Assembly (NCBI GenBank): GCA_964360785.1
Contig: CAYHXX010000005.1
Location: 1-54,497, forward strand
Source of the DNA: an uncultured Gammaproteobacteria bacterium
Lineage (GTDB): Bacteria; Patescibacteriota; Microgenomatia; Woykebacterales; RBG-16-39-9b
Direction of reading: 5' to 3'
Length of the DNA: 54,497 bases
The position numbers were made by a program, and so were the translations under genes. This document shows positions 8,356 through 16,293 of this stretch, in pieces; within the stretch, counting starts at the first letter, position 1, and each line of letters begins with the position of its first letter. Under the pieces are notes generated by a model. It saw only the letters and a program-made list of their open reading frames with translations, ran no database searches and had not been told where the DNA came from.

Positions 8356-8889
8356 CTACTTAACTTCTATTTCATCTTCTACACAGACGTTAGTTTGCAA
8401 TTTTGCGTGAACAGCAGCCTTGGTACCAGGAGGTAAAGCGTTTGGTGAAGTTTTTGTTAACCGAATAGTTACACTTTGTGAATTGCCATAGCTGAAAGTG
8501 ACTTGGTTTCCAGAAACGGAGGTTACAGTTCCGATAAATTCCTCCGGGCATGATGGTGCTTGTGGGGGAGGTGGCGGATTGACAGCTGGTGGTGGAGGCG
8601 CTTTTTGTTGGGAGTCAGAATCCTTACCTGGAGGTGTCGAAACTAATGCTGGTTGGTTTGGGTCTGAGTTGACCAAGACAATCTTAGCTACGGGTGTAGT
8701 ATTTTGAGTTTCGTTTTGTGAGACAGAAGTGCTATTTTCATTTGATTGAGCCCCTTTCTTCTCCTTAACTTCTCGAAAGTTAGCTGCAAAGTAGATTACC
8801 ATCAGTAAAGGAATCAGAAGAATAACTAAAGTTATTAGTAGAAAAAGGTTTCTTACCGAATTCCAATTGGAATTATTGTTTTTCCCCAT
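8356..8889 (-). CDS. Hypothetical membrane-anchored protein with Pro-rich linker
   Basis: TM helix LFLLITLVILLIPLLMVIYF, a PPPPAVNPPPPPQAP linker and a small C-terminal beta-like domain. ATG 8889 (MGKNNN) is preferred over the listed 8949 start, which adds a Cys-rich, non-native-looking extension. Confidence 0.5.
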   Translation of the reverse strand: MGKNNNSNWNSVRNLFLLITLVILLIPLLMVIYFAANFREVKEKKGAQSNENSTSVSQNETQNTTPVAKIVLVNSDPNQPALVSTPPGKDSDSQQKAPPPPAVNPPPPPQAPSCPEEFIGTVTSVSGNQVTFSYGNSQSVTIRLTKTSPNALPPGTKAAVHAKLQTNVCVEDEIEVK

Positions 8890-8954
8890 CACAAAATAAT
8901 AGCATAAACATTGCTTATCACAGAAAATATATCGTAATTGGCAACCCATAGGAA

Positions 8955-8983
8955 TTGACTTTTAGCTTCAAATATGTTATAGT
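8955..8983 (+). promoter_or_regulatory. Sigma70-type promoter of GC island A
   Basis: TTGACT (8955-8960), 17-nt spacer, TATAGT (8978-8983). It is preceded by ATAGGAATTGAC, the motif that also opens the cassettes at 23449 and 25334. Confidence 0.55.
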
Positions 8984-9034
8984 TGCACCCTTAGTCAGCA
9001 CTCGCTGGCTTTTTTGTTCGAAGGGAGAACAAAC

Positions 9035-9760
9035 GTGAGGTCATTGGTCAGTTCATACCTGGCCACCCCGCTAGTGATCATCACCATGATGCTCTTAGCG
9101 ACGGTGGGATCAAAGGCAGCCCCAGCTTATGGCTGGGAACTGTCAGCCGACTGTGTTGACGCCGACACGATCGTGGGAACAACCACGGTGCCGAATCCTC
9201 CCCAGACCTTCGAGGTCTTCGCCGAGGATCACGTTCCGGGTCACGGGTGGCAAGAAGTCGATGGCTCAAGGCACGAGTACACGTCCTACAAGGGACAAAT
9301 GGAATTTGTGCTCGATGTCAGCGGGACAAGGGATGGTGCCGATCTCTACATCGTCGGTCTCTCGACCGGTGAAAAGACAGACCCACCATTCCCGACCTGT
9401 CCTGAGGCGACTCCGACGGCGACATCAACGCCGACTCCAAATCCGACGGCAACGAACACGCCGGTGTCGCCAACGGCGACGAAGACTTCGGTACCCAACA
9501 AGCCGACGCGGACACCGACGCAGGTGGTTCCGACGGCAACGAGTACCAGGGTCATCGCGACCACCTCGACACAGCAGGTACCAACGTCAACGAAGACGTC
9601 GGTCATCCAGCTGCCGAGGACGGGTACTGGTGGTGACGAACCTAGTTACGGTAGGGGCAAAACGATCTTCGCGATCTCTACCTCAGGGTTTGTTGCCATG
9701 ATCGTGGTATATGTGTCTGGAGTGCTGGTCTACCTCCAGATGAAACATCCCCACGAGTAA
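9035..9760 (+). CDS. LPXTG-anchored surface protein, GC-rich (foreign composition)
   Basis: GTG 9035 lies 7 nt after AAGGGAG. Signal-like N-terminus LATPLVIITMMLLATVGSKAAPA, a ~100-aa domain and a Pro/Thr-rich linker. The C-terminus is LPRTG, then a hydrophobic segment, then a short tail, i.e. a sortase sorting signal. Long alternative-frame ORFs are typical of high-GC coding DNA. Confidence 0.7.
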   Translation: MRSLVSSYLATPLVIITMMLLATVGSKAAPAYGWELSADCVDADTIVGTTTVPNPPQTFEVFAEDHVPGHGWQEVDGSRHEYTSYKGQMEFVLDVSGTRDGADLYIVGLSTGEKTDPPFPTCPEATPTATSTPTPNPTATNTPVSPTATKTSVPNKPTRTPTQVVPTATSTRVIATTSTQQVPTSTKTSVIQLPRTGTGGDEPSYGRGKTIFAISTSGFVAMIVVYVSGVLVYLQMKHPHE

Positions 9761-9778
9761 CTTCAAGACCGCTTTTTT

Positions 9779-9830
9779 GGCCGCCAGAACTGGGTTCTAA
9801 CCCCAACTGGCGGCCACCTTCTTAATTTTT
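9779..9830 (+). terminator. Intrinsic terminator of island A
   Basis: GGCCGCCAG..GGGTTCTAACCC..CTGGCGGCC hairpin (9779-9815) followed by ACCTTCTTAATTTTT. Confidence 0.6.
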
Positions 9831-9912
9831 CCAACTATCTGTTGACAAGAATTTACAGGGGAACTATAGTTAAAAACTTTTTAGTATAATTAACTTTTGG
9901 CAAAGGAGCGCA

Positions 9913-10677
9913 ATGGATTTAGAAACAATAATTTATATTTTAGTATTTACCTTCATCGGCAGTATGCTCTCGCTTGCTGGTGGCTTCATCCTGCTTAAAC
10001 GGAATTTATGGGAAGGGGAGAATAGTGTTCACCTACTTGCGTTTTCTGCTGGTGTACTACTGGCGACAGCTTTTCTCGATCTTTTTCCCGAGGCTTTGGA
10101 AGAGTCGGCTGCAGATCCGAATATTTTTATTTTCGGTTTGCTCGGCGTCGTAACTTTCTTTTTCTTAGAGAGACTTTTTGTGAGTTTTCATCCCCATGAC
10201 GATACGGATCTTGAGGGTACGAGGAGAAAAAGTGTTGTAAGCTTAGTCCTTTTCGGTGATGGTTTTCATAACTTTATTGATGGTTTTGTTATTGCCAGTA
10301 GTTTTCTGGTTAGTATACCTTTAGGTGTAGTTACCTCCTTGGCGGTAGCAGCCCATGAGATTCCTCAGGAAATTTCTGATTTCACTATTTTGCTAAGGAG
10401 TAATCTCGGAGCAAAGAAAGCAATTGTCTTCAATATTCTGTCAGGTTTAACAGCCATGGCAGGAGCAATAATTGCAATTTTTGTCTCTTCTTTTATCGAG
10501 CCGTTTCTGGGATTGGTTCTCGCTTTTACGGGAGGAATGTTTATTTATATAGCAGCTTCAGGTATCATTCCTGAGCTACAGCATCTCTACCTCAAAGATC
10601 GGAAATGGCACCAAGCAATTTTCTTTGTTATTGGCCTTTTAACAACCTACACACTTATTCAGTTACTTCATGTCTAG
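9913..10677 (+). CDS. ZIP family divalent metal transporter (ZupT-like)
   Basis: Polytopic membrane protein with the HNFIDGF and HEIPQEISDF motifs of ZIP/ZupT. Its own TTGACA-N17-TATAGT promoter is at 9842-9870. Confidence 0.85.
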   Translation: MDLETIIYILVFTFIGSMLSLAGGFILLKRNLWEGENSVHLLAFSAGVLLATAFLDLFPEALEESAADPNIFIFGLLGVVTFFFLERLFVSFHPHDDTDLEGTRRKSVVSLVLFGDGFHNFIDGFVIASSFLVSIPLGVVTSLAVAAHEIPQEISDFTILLRSNLGAKKAIVFNILSGLTAMAGAIIAIFVSSFIEPFLGLVLAFTGGMFIYIAASGIIPELQHLYLKDRKWHQAIFFVIGLLTTYTLIQLLHV

Positions 10678-10716
10678 GTTGACACTTGGGGCATTTGACG
10701 ATACGATTATTTAGAT

Positions 10717-11103
10717 ATGACAGAAAAAGCTAAAAAAGTTTTAGTTGTTGACGACGAAGATTCTGTACGCGAGATCTATCGTCACGAGTTTCTTAACAGC
10801 GGTTATACAGTTGTTGTAGCAGCTGACGGAGAAGAAGGTTTGCTCAAAGCCGGAGAAGAGCAGCCCGATATCATGTTACTCGATATCATGCTTCCAAAAA
10901 TGAGTGGTATCGAAGTTTTGCGGGCTTTGAAAGAAAACGAGCTTACCAAAAAGATTCCTGTATTACTTCTGACCAACCTCGGTGAAGAAACAATCATTAA
11001 GGAAGGTTTTGAACTTGGAGCCGATGGTTATTTGTTGAAAGTTTCCTACACACCTTCGCAGGTTGTTGAAGAAGTTAAGAAGTTCTTTGAGGGTGGTTCC
11101 TAG
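10717..11103 (+). CDS. Stand-alone response regulator receiver domain (CheY-like)
   Basis: 128 aa with VLVVDDEDS, DIMLLDIMLPKMSG (phospho-acceptor Asp) and LLLTNLG..K. Confidence 0.85.
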   Translation: MTEKAKKVLVVDDEDSVREIYRHEFLNSGYTVVVAADGEEGLLKAGEEQPDIMLLDIMLPKMSGIEVLRALKENELTKKIPVLLLTNLGEETIIKEGFELGADGYLLKVSYTPSQVVEEVKKFFEGGS

Positions 11104-11156
11104 TTTATAAGAACTCACTTTACGTAATTCTCCCCATAAGCTAAAATTTAGCCTCA

Positions 11157-11456
11157 ATGATCACCAAAAAAAATGTCGAAGATAAGTTGCGAGCAGTTCT
11201 CGACCCCGAACTAGGAATAAATATTGTCGATCTAGGTTTAATTTATAAAATAACAACTTCAGGAAACGATACCAACATTTTAATGACTCTGACCTTCCCT
11301 GGCTGCCCTTTAGGGAGCACAATCAAAAAAGAAGTTAATGACAAGGTAGGGTCAATAGAGCATATTGGTAAAATAAACCTGAAGATTACTTTTGAACCTC
11401 CTTGGAATCTTTCAATGATTAGTTCTGAAGCTCGAGCAGAATTGGGAATGATCTGA
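11157..11456 (+). CDS. DUF59/SufT-like Fe-S assembly-associated protein
   Basis: 99 aa with VLDPELGINIVDLGLIY and TFPGCPL, the DUF59 (MIP18/SufT) pattern. Confidence 0.75.
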   Translation: MITKKNVEDKLRAVLDPELGINIVDLGLIYKITTSGNDTNILMTLTFPGCPLGSTIKKEVNDKVGSIEHIGKINLKITFEPPWNLSMISSEARAELGMI

Positions 11457-12439
11457 TGGGATTTAACTATGTCGATCTATTGATAATAGTTCTAGCAGTA
11501 GTATTTATTTGGCAAGGTTATCGAGTTGGTTTAGTTGGTGGTTTGCTCAATCTGCTGATAACTTTAGCTTCCTTTGTACTAGCTACTTTTTTCTATCCCT
11601 TGGCGGGTGATATTTTATCCGGGACCTTTAAAATAAATGAAAACATTGCTCGGGTTGCTGGTTTTATCGTAACTTTAACTTTCCTCGAACTGGTTCTAAA
11701 CACATCCATAACGTATCTTTACGGCAAGATTGCACCGTTGTATCGGCGTTCAAAAATAGTTGCCAAGGCGGACCACATACTTGGAGTTTTCCCATCACTT
11801 GTAGTTGGCTTATTCCTAATCTTGTTGGTATCGCTGTTGATCCTGACTTTACCCGTACAAGGTTGGTTGAGAGCCCCAATTCAGGAATCTTGGTGGGGAG
11901 AAAATATAGTTCCAAAAGGACTAAGTCTGACACCAACGATCGAGAAGACTTTAAACCGGTTGCCTTACAAAAACCTTGTTTATATTGTCACTCCAGAAAA
12001 CCCAACTTCTGAAGCAAGCCAAGATCTCAACATTCCACAGGGGGTAAGTTTGTCAACTGATCCACAAACGGAAAAAGATATGTGGGACCTTGTGAACAAA
12101 GAAAGGAAGTCGGCGGGGTTGAAAGAAGTTAAGTTTAGTAATGATTTGCGCGATGTCGGTAGAGATCATTGTAAAGACATGTTTGAACGTGGTTACTTTT
12201 CTCATTATACTCCGGAAGGTGGTTCGCCTTTTGATCGTATCGATGAAGCAGGGATCGACTACGTTTCAGCAGGGGAGAACCTCGCCTATGCTCCTAGTCT
12301 GGCGTTGGCACATCAAGGGCTGATGAATTCACCAGGACACAAGGCCAATATCCTCCGAGATAGTTTTGGTACACTCGGAGTTGGGGTCATTGACGGGGGA
12401 ATCTACGGCAAAATGTTCTGCCAGGAATTTACTAACTAA
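11456..12439 (+). CDS. CvpA-family membrane domain fused to a CAP/SCP (YkwD-like) domain
   Basis: The N-terminal 4 TM helices resemble CvpA (VDLLIIVLAVVFIWQGYRVG). The C-terminus carries the CAP motifs GYFSHYTPEG, AGENLAY and SPGHKANIL. Confidence 0.7.
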   Translation: MGFNYVDLLIIVLAVVFIWQGYRVGLVGGLLNLLITLASFVLATFFYPLAGDILSGTFKINENIARVAGFIVTLTFLELVLNTSITYLYGKIAPLYRRSKIVAKADHILGVFPSLVVGLFLILLVSLLILTLPVQGWLRAPIQESWWGENIVPKGLSLTPTIEKTLNRLPYKNLVYIVTPENPTSEASQDLNIPQGVSLSTDPQTEKDMWDLVNKERKSAGLKEVKFSNDLRDVGRDHCKDMFERGYFSHYTPEGGSPFDRIDEAGIDYVSAGENLAYAPSLALAHQGLMNSPGHKANILRDSFGTLGVGVIDGGIYGKMFCQEFTN

Positions 12440-12506
12440 TGTATAATTGTTGAACGTAATAGCTTTATCGGCAGAGAACTTTAAAATCAAGCTGACTAGG
12501 ATCTTT

Positions 12507-12582
12507 GGGTCCGTAGCTCAGCGGTTAGAGCACCACTCTTATAAAGTGGGGGTCGATGGTTCGAATCCATCTGGACCCACCA
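12507..12582 (+). tRNA. tRNA-Ile (anticodon TAT), CCA encoded
   Basis: Hand-folded cloverleaf. Acceptor GGGTCCG/TGGACCC, D arm GCTC-AGCGGTTA-GAGC, anticodon stem CCACT/AGTGG with loop CTTATAA, T arm GATGG-TTCGAAT-CCATC, discriminator A plus CCA. Confidence 0.85.
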
Positions 12583-12657
12583 TAAGCCTTAATTGGTTTG
12601 ATTATTGTGGAACTCTGCCGGTACTGCTGCCTAGTTTATTAAAATTTCCGACTGAAG

Positions 12658-13062
12658 ATGAAACTTATTTACGCCTTGGTTTGTGATCATGCATTTCTTT
12701 CGATTGACCGTAAGGTCAATATTATCGGTGTTTTTGAGACAATCAATGCCCAAGCTTTCCCAGTCAATCACCAGAAGTTTACACTGGTTGGTAGTGTCGC
12801 ACCCTCAAAAGATAAGTTCAAAATGGCTATCGATATTGTTGCGCAAGATTCAGGAAAATCAATATTGAAGGATGTACAGGAGCGAGATGTAGTTTTGCCA
12901 GCCAACAACGAAGGTAAAAACTTCAATTTTATTATTGAAATCTTAAACACTGTTTTTCCCAAGGCAGGTTACTATTTAGTAAAGATCGTGATTGATGGTG
13001 AGACCTTGTCAGATCTGAAACTTCTTTTGCTTCAGACTACTGAAAATAAAAGCCTAAACTAG
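12658..13062 (+). CDS. Hypothetical protein
   Basis: 134-aa ORF with host-like composition and no recognisable motif. Confidence 0.5.
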   Translation: MKLIYALVCDHAFLSIDRKVNIIGVFETINAQAFPVNHQKFTLVGSVAPSKDKFKMAIDIVAQDSGKSILKDVQERDVVLPANNEGKNFNFIIEILNTVFPKAGYYLVKIVIDGETLSDLKLLLLQTTENKSLN

Positions 13063-13068
13063 AACCAG

Positions 13069-13827
13069 ATGTTATTTCTGATACTACTTCTTGCCACAAT
13101 TCCCGCCATCTTTTGGTTTTTTGTTTTTCTCCGCGAAGAGAAGTTTGACGCAATACCAAAGAAATTAATCACCAAAGTGTTTGTTATTGGCGCTTTGAGT
13201 GGTTTGTTAGCAGTTGTGTTTGAGTTTGTTTTAGTTCTATTTTTCCCCGCTTCTGCTACCAGAGCAGTCTTTGAGCCAGACGAAATTCAAAAATTAGCTT
13301 TTTCTACGGCGGTGTTTGCACTTATTATCACCATTTGTGCTGCTGCTATTGAAGAGTTGGTAAAGATATACTCGGTAAAGTGGTTTGCTTACGACAATTT
13401 TCAGTTCAACCAAGTTGTCGATGGGGCAGTGCTGGGAGTCAGTGCTGGACTGGGTTTTGCTACCTTAGAGAACATTGGCTATTTTCTTGGGGTTGCAGAT
13501 AAAGATTTCGGTACTTTTCTAACTGTTTTTGTAGTTAGGTTCTTAGCTACTACTTTACTTCATGCACTTACCACCGGTATTGCCGGTTATTATCTTGGAA
13601 AGGCAAAGTTTTCAACAGACAAAGGAGTGTTTTGGGAAGGGTTGTTAGCAGCGATTCTAATTCACGCTACGTTCAATATTCTTCTGTTTAGTGGGCTAGT
13701 GCTTGGATTACTGCTAAATATAGTTCTACTTGTTGTGATGCTAGCCTTCTTGATTCGGAGAATGGATAGTACTGAGGCCCAGACTATCTGGAAATTAGTG
13801 GTTTTCCGTAGAGATGTAAAAGGATAG
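13069..13827 (+). CDS. PrsW-family intramembrane protease
   Basis: Polytopic membrane protein with AAIEELVKIY (EExxK), GLGFATLENIGY, LLHALTTG and IHATFN motifs. Confidence 0.7.
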   Translation: MLFLILLLATIPAIFWFFVFLREEKFDAIPKKLITKVFVIGALSGLLAVVFEFVLVLFFPASATRAVFEPDEIQKLAFSTAVFALIITICAAAIEELVKIYSVKWFAYDNFQFNQVVDGAVLGVSAGLGFATLENIGYFLGVADKDFGTFLTVFVVRFLATTLLHALTTGIAGYYLGKAKFSTDKGVFWEGLLAAILIHATFNILLFSGLVLGLLLNIVLLVVMLAFLIRRMDSTEAQTIWKLVVFRRDVKG

Positions 13828-13830
13828 CTT

Positions 13831-14703
13831 TTATAGTTCTTCCAACTTTACTGGTTCATCCAAACTGTTTTGAATGAGGTTTAGATATTTTTCTGTGGTA
13901 GCAAGTCGCTTGTGTCCAGCAAGTTTGCTGACCAAGACGAGAGAAGTTCCTGACATTAAGTGATGGGCAACAAAGGTGTGTCGAAGATCGTTTACCTTAG
14001 CATCCTTTATCCCAGCGAGACGGAAGTAGCGATCGATTGCAGTACGGATATTACGTACGAGTAGGGGACGCCCGGTCTTGGTGATGAATAATGTTTCTTC
14101 CTTTGCGCTTGGACGAGCCTCCAAGTAGCGCTTTAGAGCAGTCTCAGAAGCTTTGTTGAGTGGAACATTTCGATCTGGATAGCTTTCGCCAGCTGGAACA
14201 TGTAATTCTCCGCTTTTGCCGTTTTCGCCAAACTTAACATCGGAAAGCTTAAGTTTGGCCAACTCGCCAATACGAATTCCAGTTTGGAGGAGAAGTTCGA
14301 CAATTGCAGATATTCTAATGTCGTCTCTGGCTGCATCACGCAGTGCCCGATACTCCATCTTAGAAAGAATTCTTGGAGGTTTCATATCAAACTTGGGATG
14401 TTCGAGTAGGGAAGCTGGGTCGTCAGTGATAAATTCGTTTATTTTTAGAAATCTGAAGAAAGTTTTTGTAGAGTTTGTTTTTCGAGAGATGCTTTTAGGG
14501 GTGTAGCCCTCTTTAACAAGTTTGGCCATAAAAGCTTGGAGGTCGGCTGTTGCAATCTCATGGACTTGATGCTTCTTAAGGTTTTCTAGGAAAGCGGCTA
14601 GTTGTTCGATATCTTTTCCGTACGCCAAGACAGTCGCGCTACTGCGACCTTGAGACTTAAGATGATCAACAAATTTTGAGTGGGCTTCCTGTACTTTTAT
14701 CAT
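13831..14703 (-). CDS. Tyrosine site-specific recombinase (XerC/XerD-like)
   Basis: 290 aa. N-terminal SAM-like core-binding domain, then catalytic-domain motifs TGIRIGEL, DLRHTFVAHHL and LAGHKRLATTEKY (R..H-x-x-R..Y pattern). Confidence 0.85.
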   Translation of the reverse strand: MIKVQEAHSKFVDHLKSQGRSSATVLAYGKDIEQLAAFLENLKKHQVHEIATADLQAFMAKLVKEGYTPKSISRKTNSTKTFFRFLKINEFITDDPASLLEHPKFDMKPPRILSKMEYRALRDAARDDIRISAIVELLLQTGIRIGELAKLKLSDVKFGENGKSGELHVPAGESYPDRNVPLNKASETALKRYLEARPSAKEETLFITKTGRPLLVRNIRTAIDRYFRLAGIKDAKVNDLRHTFVAHHLMSGTSLVLVSKLAGHKRLATTEKYLNLIQNSLDEPVKLEEL

Positions 14704-14825
14704 ATAGTTGTGCTCTTTGTGCTAGTTTAACAGTTTCGAGATTTAGTGTCAAGAGACTATGGGATGTTTTATCGCCTTTGTTTCGGTAGCATATTAAAGC
14801 TAAGTGGGTATAGTATAATTTAACT

Positions 14826-15167
14826 ATGAGGAAACTCATAACATTTGTCTTTATTGGAGTCTTAGTTCTGCTTAACCTGAATTTTATTCAGGGGAGCTAT
14901 CAGTCGTTTCAAAAACTAGCTGAAGTAAACAAAGAACAATCCAAGGTAAAAGAGCTGGAGACCAAGAATTCTGATCTCAAGCAGGAACTTCAACAACGGG
15001 ATTCTACATATTTTATTGAACAAGAAGCACGCAATCGTCTTGGCTATACTCGGTCGGGGGAAACAACTATTGTGATCGAAAGCTCGGAAATTGGTGTTGC
15101 GGATAAAGAAAAAGAACAGAAGCAAAAAACTAACTTACAAAGTTGGTTGGATCTAGTTACAAATTAA
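14826..15167 (+). CDS. Septum formation initiator family protein (FtsB/DivIC-like)
   Basis: N-terminal TM helix, a coiled coil, then YFIEQEARNRLGYTRSGE, typical of FtsB/DivIC. Confidence 0.7.
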   Translation: MRKLITFVFIGVLVLLNLNFIQGSYQSFQKLAEVNKEQSKVKELETKNSDLKQELQQRDSTYFIEQEARNRLGYTRSGETTIVIESSEIGVADKEKEQKQKTNLQSWLDLVTN

Positions 15168-15172
15168 AAAAC

Positions 15173-15646
15173 TTACTTGATAGAGATATTTCCAGAATAT
15201 CTTAGTGCCGAAGTCGTATCAGCCTTGATCACAAATCTGTAGCGGCCGGTTGTTAGTGGTGAGTTTTTCGAAAAATCAACAAAACTTTGACCATTTGTAG
15301 GTTCAATAACTTCGATCTCACCCTCAGGGTTATAAATCCAAACAGAATCAATATTTTCTGAATTCTTCCAGGAAAAGAACGCAGAAAGTACACAAGAAGC
15401 ATTTCCTTTATAGTCAAGTTGGAAGATAGCATTGTTGGTTGAAGAAACATCTCCATTGAACTTTTTTGACTGTTTAAAGTTGCAACTGTCAGGGTTTTCT
15501 CTACTTTCCATTGTTGCCAAACCGAGGGTATATGCTACCGATAAGCCCACAATCAAAAGTATAAAAGTAGTAACAAAAAGTACAAAGAAATTGGTGTAAT
15601 AAAGCGGATGCTGTATAGCTTTTTTAGACAGTTTTAGAAGATCCAT
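15173..15646 (-). CDS. Hypothetical membrane-anchored protein
   Basis: 157-aa ORF with one TM helix (FFVLFVTTFILLIVGLSVAY). No recognisable motif. Confidence 0.5.
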   Translation of the reverse strand: MDLLKLSKKAIQHPLYYTNFFVLFVTTFILLIVGLSVAYTLGLATMESRENPDSCNFKQSKKFNGDVSSTNNAIFQLDYKGNASCVLSAFFSWKNSENIDSVWIYNPEGEIEVIEPTNGQSFVDFSKNSPLTTGRYRFVIKADTTSALRYSGNISIK

Positions 15647-15697
15647 GGCAGTCCGCCAGAATAGCGGATAAGTTAATGTTACCTACAATAGGTTCAA

Positions 15698-15884
15698 AAA
15701 GTCAAACCTTCGGTTTCTGCATTTCGTTGAAAAGTCAAACCTTCAGTTATGCATTCCTGCGGAAAGTCAATTCCTACGGAATTGGCATTGCTCGCTACTG
15801 ATAGTGTCTATTCGAACTATAGCGGCTCCGCAAAGTCAATTTAAGAAAATTCAGTCCGTTGAAATGAATGTGAGAGGTTTGACT
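15698..15884. repeat. Tandem AAAGTCAA-hairpin repeat array (4 direct units plus 1 inverted core)
   Basis: AAAGTCAA occurs at 15698, 15731, 15763 and 15832. Each is followed by a short hairpin (AAACC-TTC-GGTTT; AATTCC-TAC-GGAATT; AATTT..AAATT) and (T/G)GCATT in units 1-3. The inverted core GGTTTGACT is at 15876-15884. Confidence 0.6.
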
Positions 15885-15919
15885 GAAGCTGATTTCTGTG
15901 TTACTATCCACAAGCTCGA

Positions 15920-15994
15920 CGCGGGTGGGGGGTATAGAATCCCGAGAGGCTCATAATCTCTCTTAAGCCGGTGCGAATCCGGCACCCGCTACCA
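15920..15994 (+). tRNA. tRNA with CAT anticodon (Met; initiator versus elongator or Ile2 unresolved), CCA encoded
   Basis: Hand fold: anticodon stem AGAGG/TCTCT with loop CTCATAA, T arm GCCGG-TGCGAAT-CCGGC, 3' ACCCGCT-A-CCA. In this fold position 1 (C) is unpaired with 72 (T). The exact 5' end is uncertain by 1 nt. Confidence 0.7.
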
Positions 15995-15997
15995 ACA

Positions 15998-16031
15998 CAA
16001 GCCGTTCCGAAAGGAGCGGTTTGTGCGTTTT
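15998..16031 (+). terminator. Hairpin plus T-run after the first tRNA
   Basis: CAAGCCGTTCC-GAAA-GGAGCGGTTTG followed by TGCGTTTTC. Confidence 0.45.
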
Positions 16032-16063
16032 CAAGGCCTTTGGTATAATTTGCCCTAACTCAA

Positions 16064-16099
16064 GGCTGCTTAGCTCAGTGGCAGAGCACCGGACTTATA
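16064..16099 (+). pseudogene. tRNA 5'-half fragment (acceptor, D arm and anticodon loop only)
   Basis: GGCTGCTTAGCTCAGTGGCAGAGCACCGGACTTATA matches the 5' half of the tRNA at 16128 (GGCAGGGTAGCTCAGTGGCAGAGCAGCGGACTCATAA) at most positions. No 3' half follows; instead there is a hairpin ATGATGCTGGTGCATCAT. It is preceded by TGGTATAAT (16041-16049). Confidence 0.55.
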
Positions 16100-16127
16100 T
16101 GATGCTGGTGCATCATGCGTTTGTGAT

Positions 16128-16202
16128 GGCAGGGTAGCTCAGTGGCAGAGCAGCGGACTCATAAGCCGTTGGTCGTGGGTTCAAATCCCACCCCTGCCAC
16201 CA
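16128..16202 (+). tRNA. tRNA-Met (anticodon CAT), CCA encoded
   Basis: Acceptor GGCAGGG/CCCTGCC, D arm GCTC-AGTGGCA-GAGC, anticodon loop CTCATAA, T arm GTGGG-TTCAAAT-CCCAC, discriminator A plus CCA. Confidence 0.85.
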
Positions 16203-16293
16203 CAAACTAAAGCCGATATTTACTAACAGCTGGTTCAGTCCGCCGAAGGGCGGATTGGATGCGAAGCGTCTGCTTCCAACCGCAGCCACCAAT

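Noticed and set aside
9129-9701. 190-aa Arg-rich ORF, plus antisense ORFs 9081-9269, 9318-9539 and 9346-9606
   Set aside because: These are alternative-frame or antisense ORFs inside the high-GC LPXTG gene. Such ORFs arise by chance in GC-rich coding DNA. They lack an RBS, and only the main frame shows coherent signal peptide, linker and sorting-signal logic.
12447-12686. 79-aa ORF at 12447-12686 and 90-aa minus-strand ORF at 16113-16385
   Set aside because: Both overlap well-folded tRNA genes and their flanks, so they are spurious.
15698-15884. CRISPR array
   Set aside because: The units are only ~32 nt in total, with no distinct repeat-spacer alternation. Repeat cores are 8 nt, only four copies exist, and no cas genes are present.
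15903-15912. DnaA box (CTATCCACA versus consensus TTATCCACA), suggesting a replication origin
   Set aside because: It is a single imperfect box with no cluster of boxes. No AT-rich unwinding element pattern and no dnaA/dnaN lie nearby.
13831-16202. Integrated mobile element bounded by the tyrosine recombinase and the tRNA genes or tRNA fragment
   Set aside because: The recombinase looks like an ordinary Xer-type enzyme. The intervening genes include an FtsB-like division gene with host composition. No direct repeat of a tRNA 3' end (the typical att scar) was found. It is kept only as a weak possibility under the tRNA-fragment finding.
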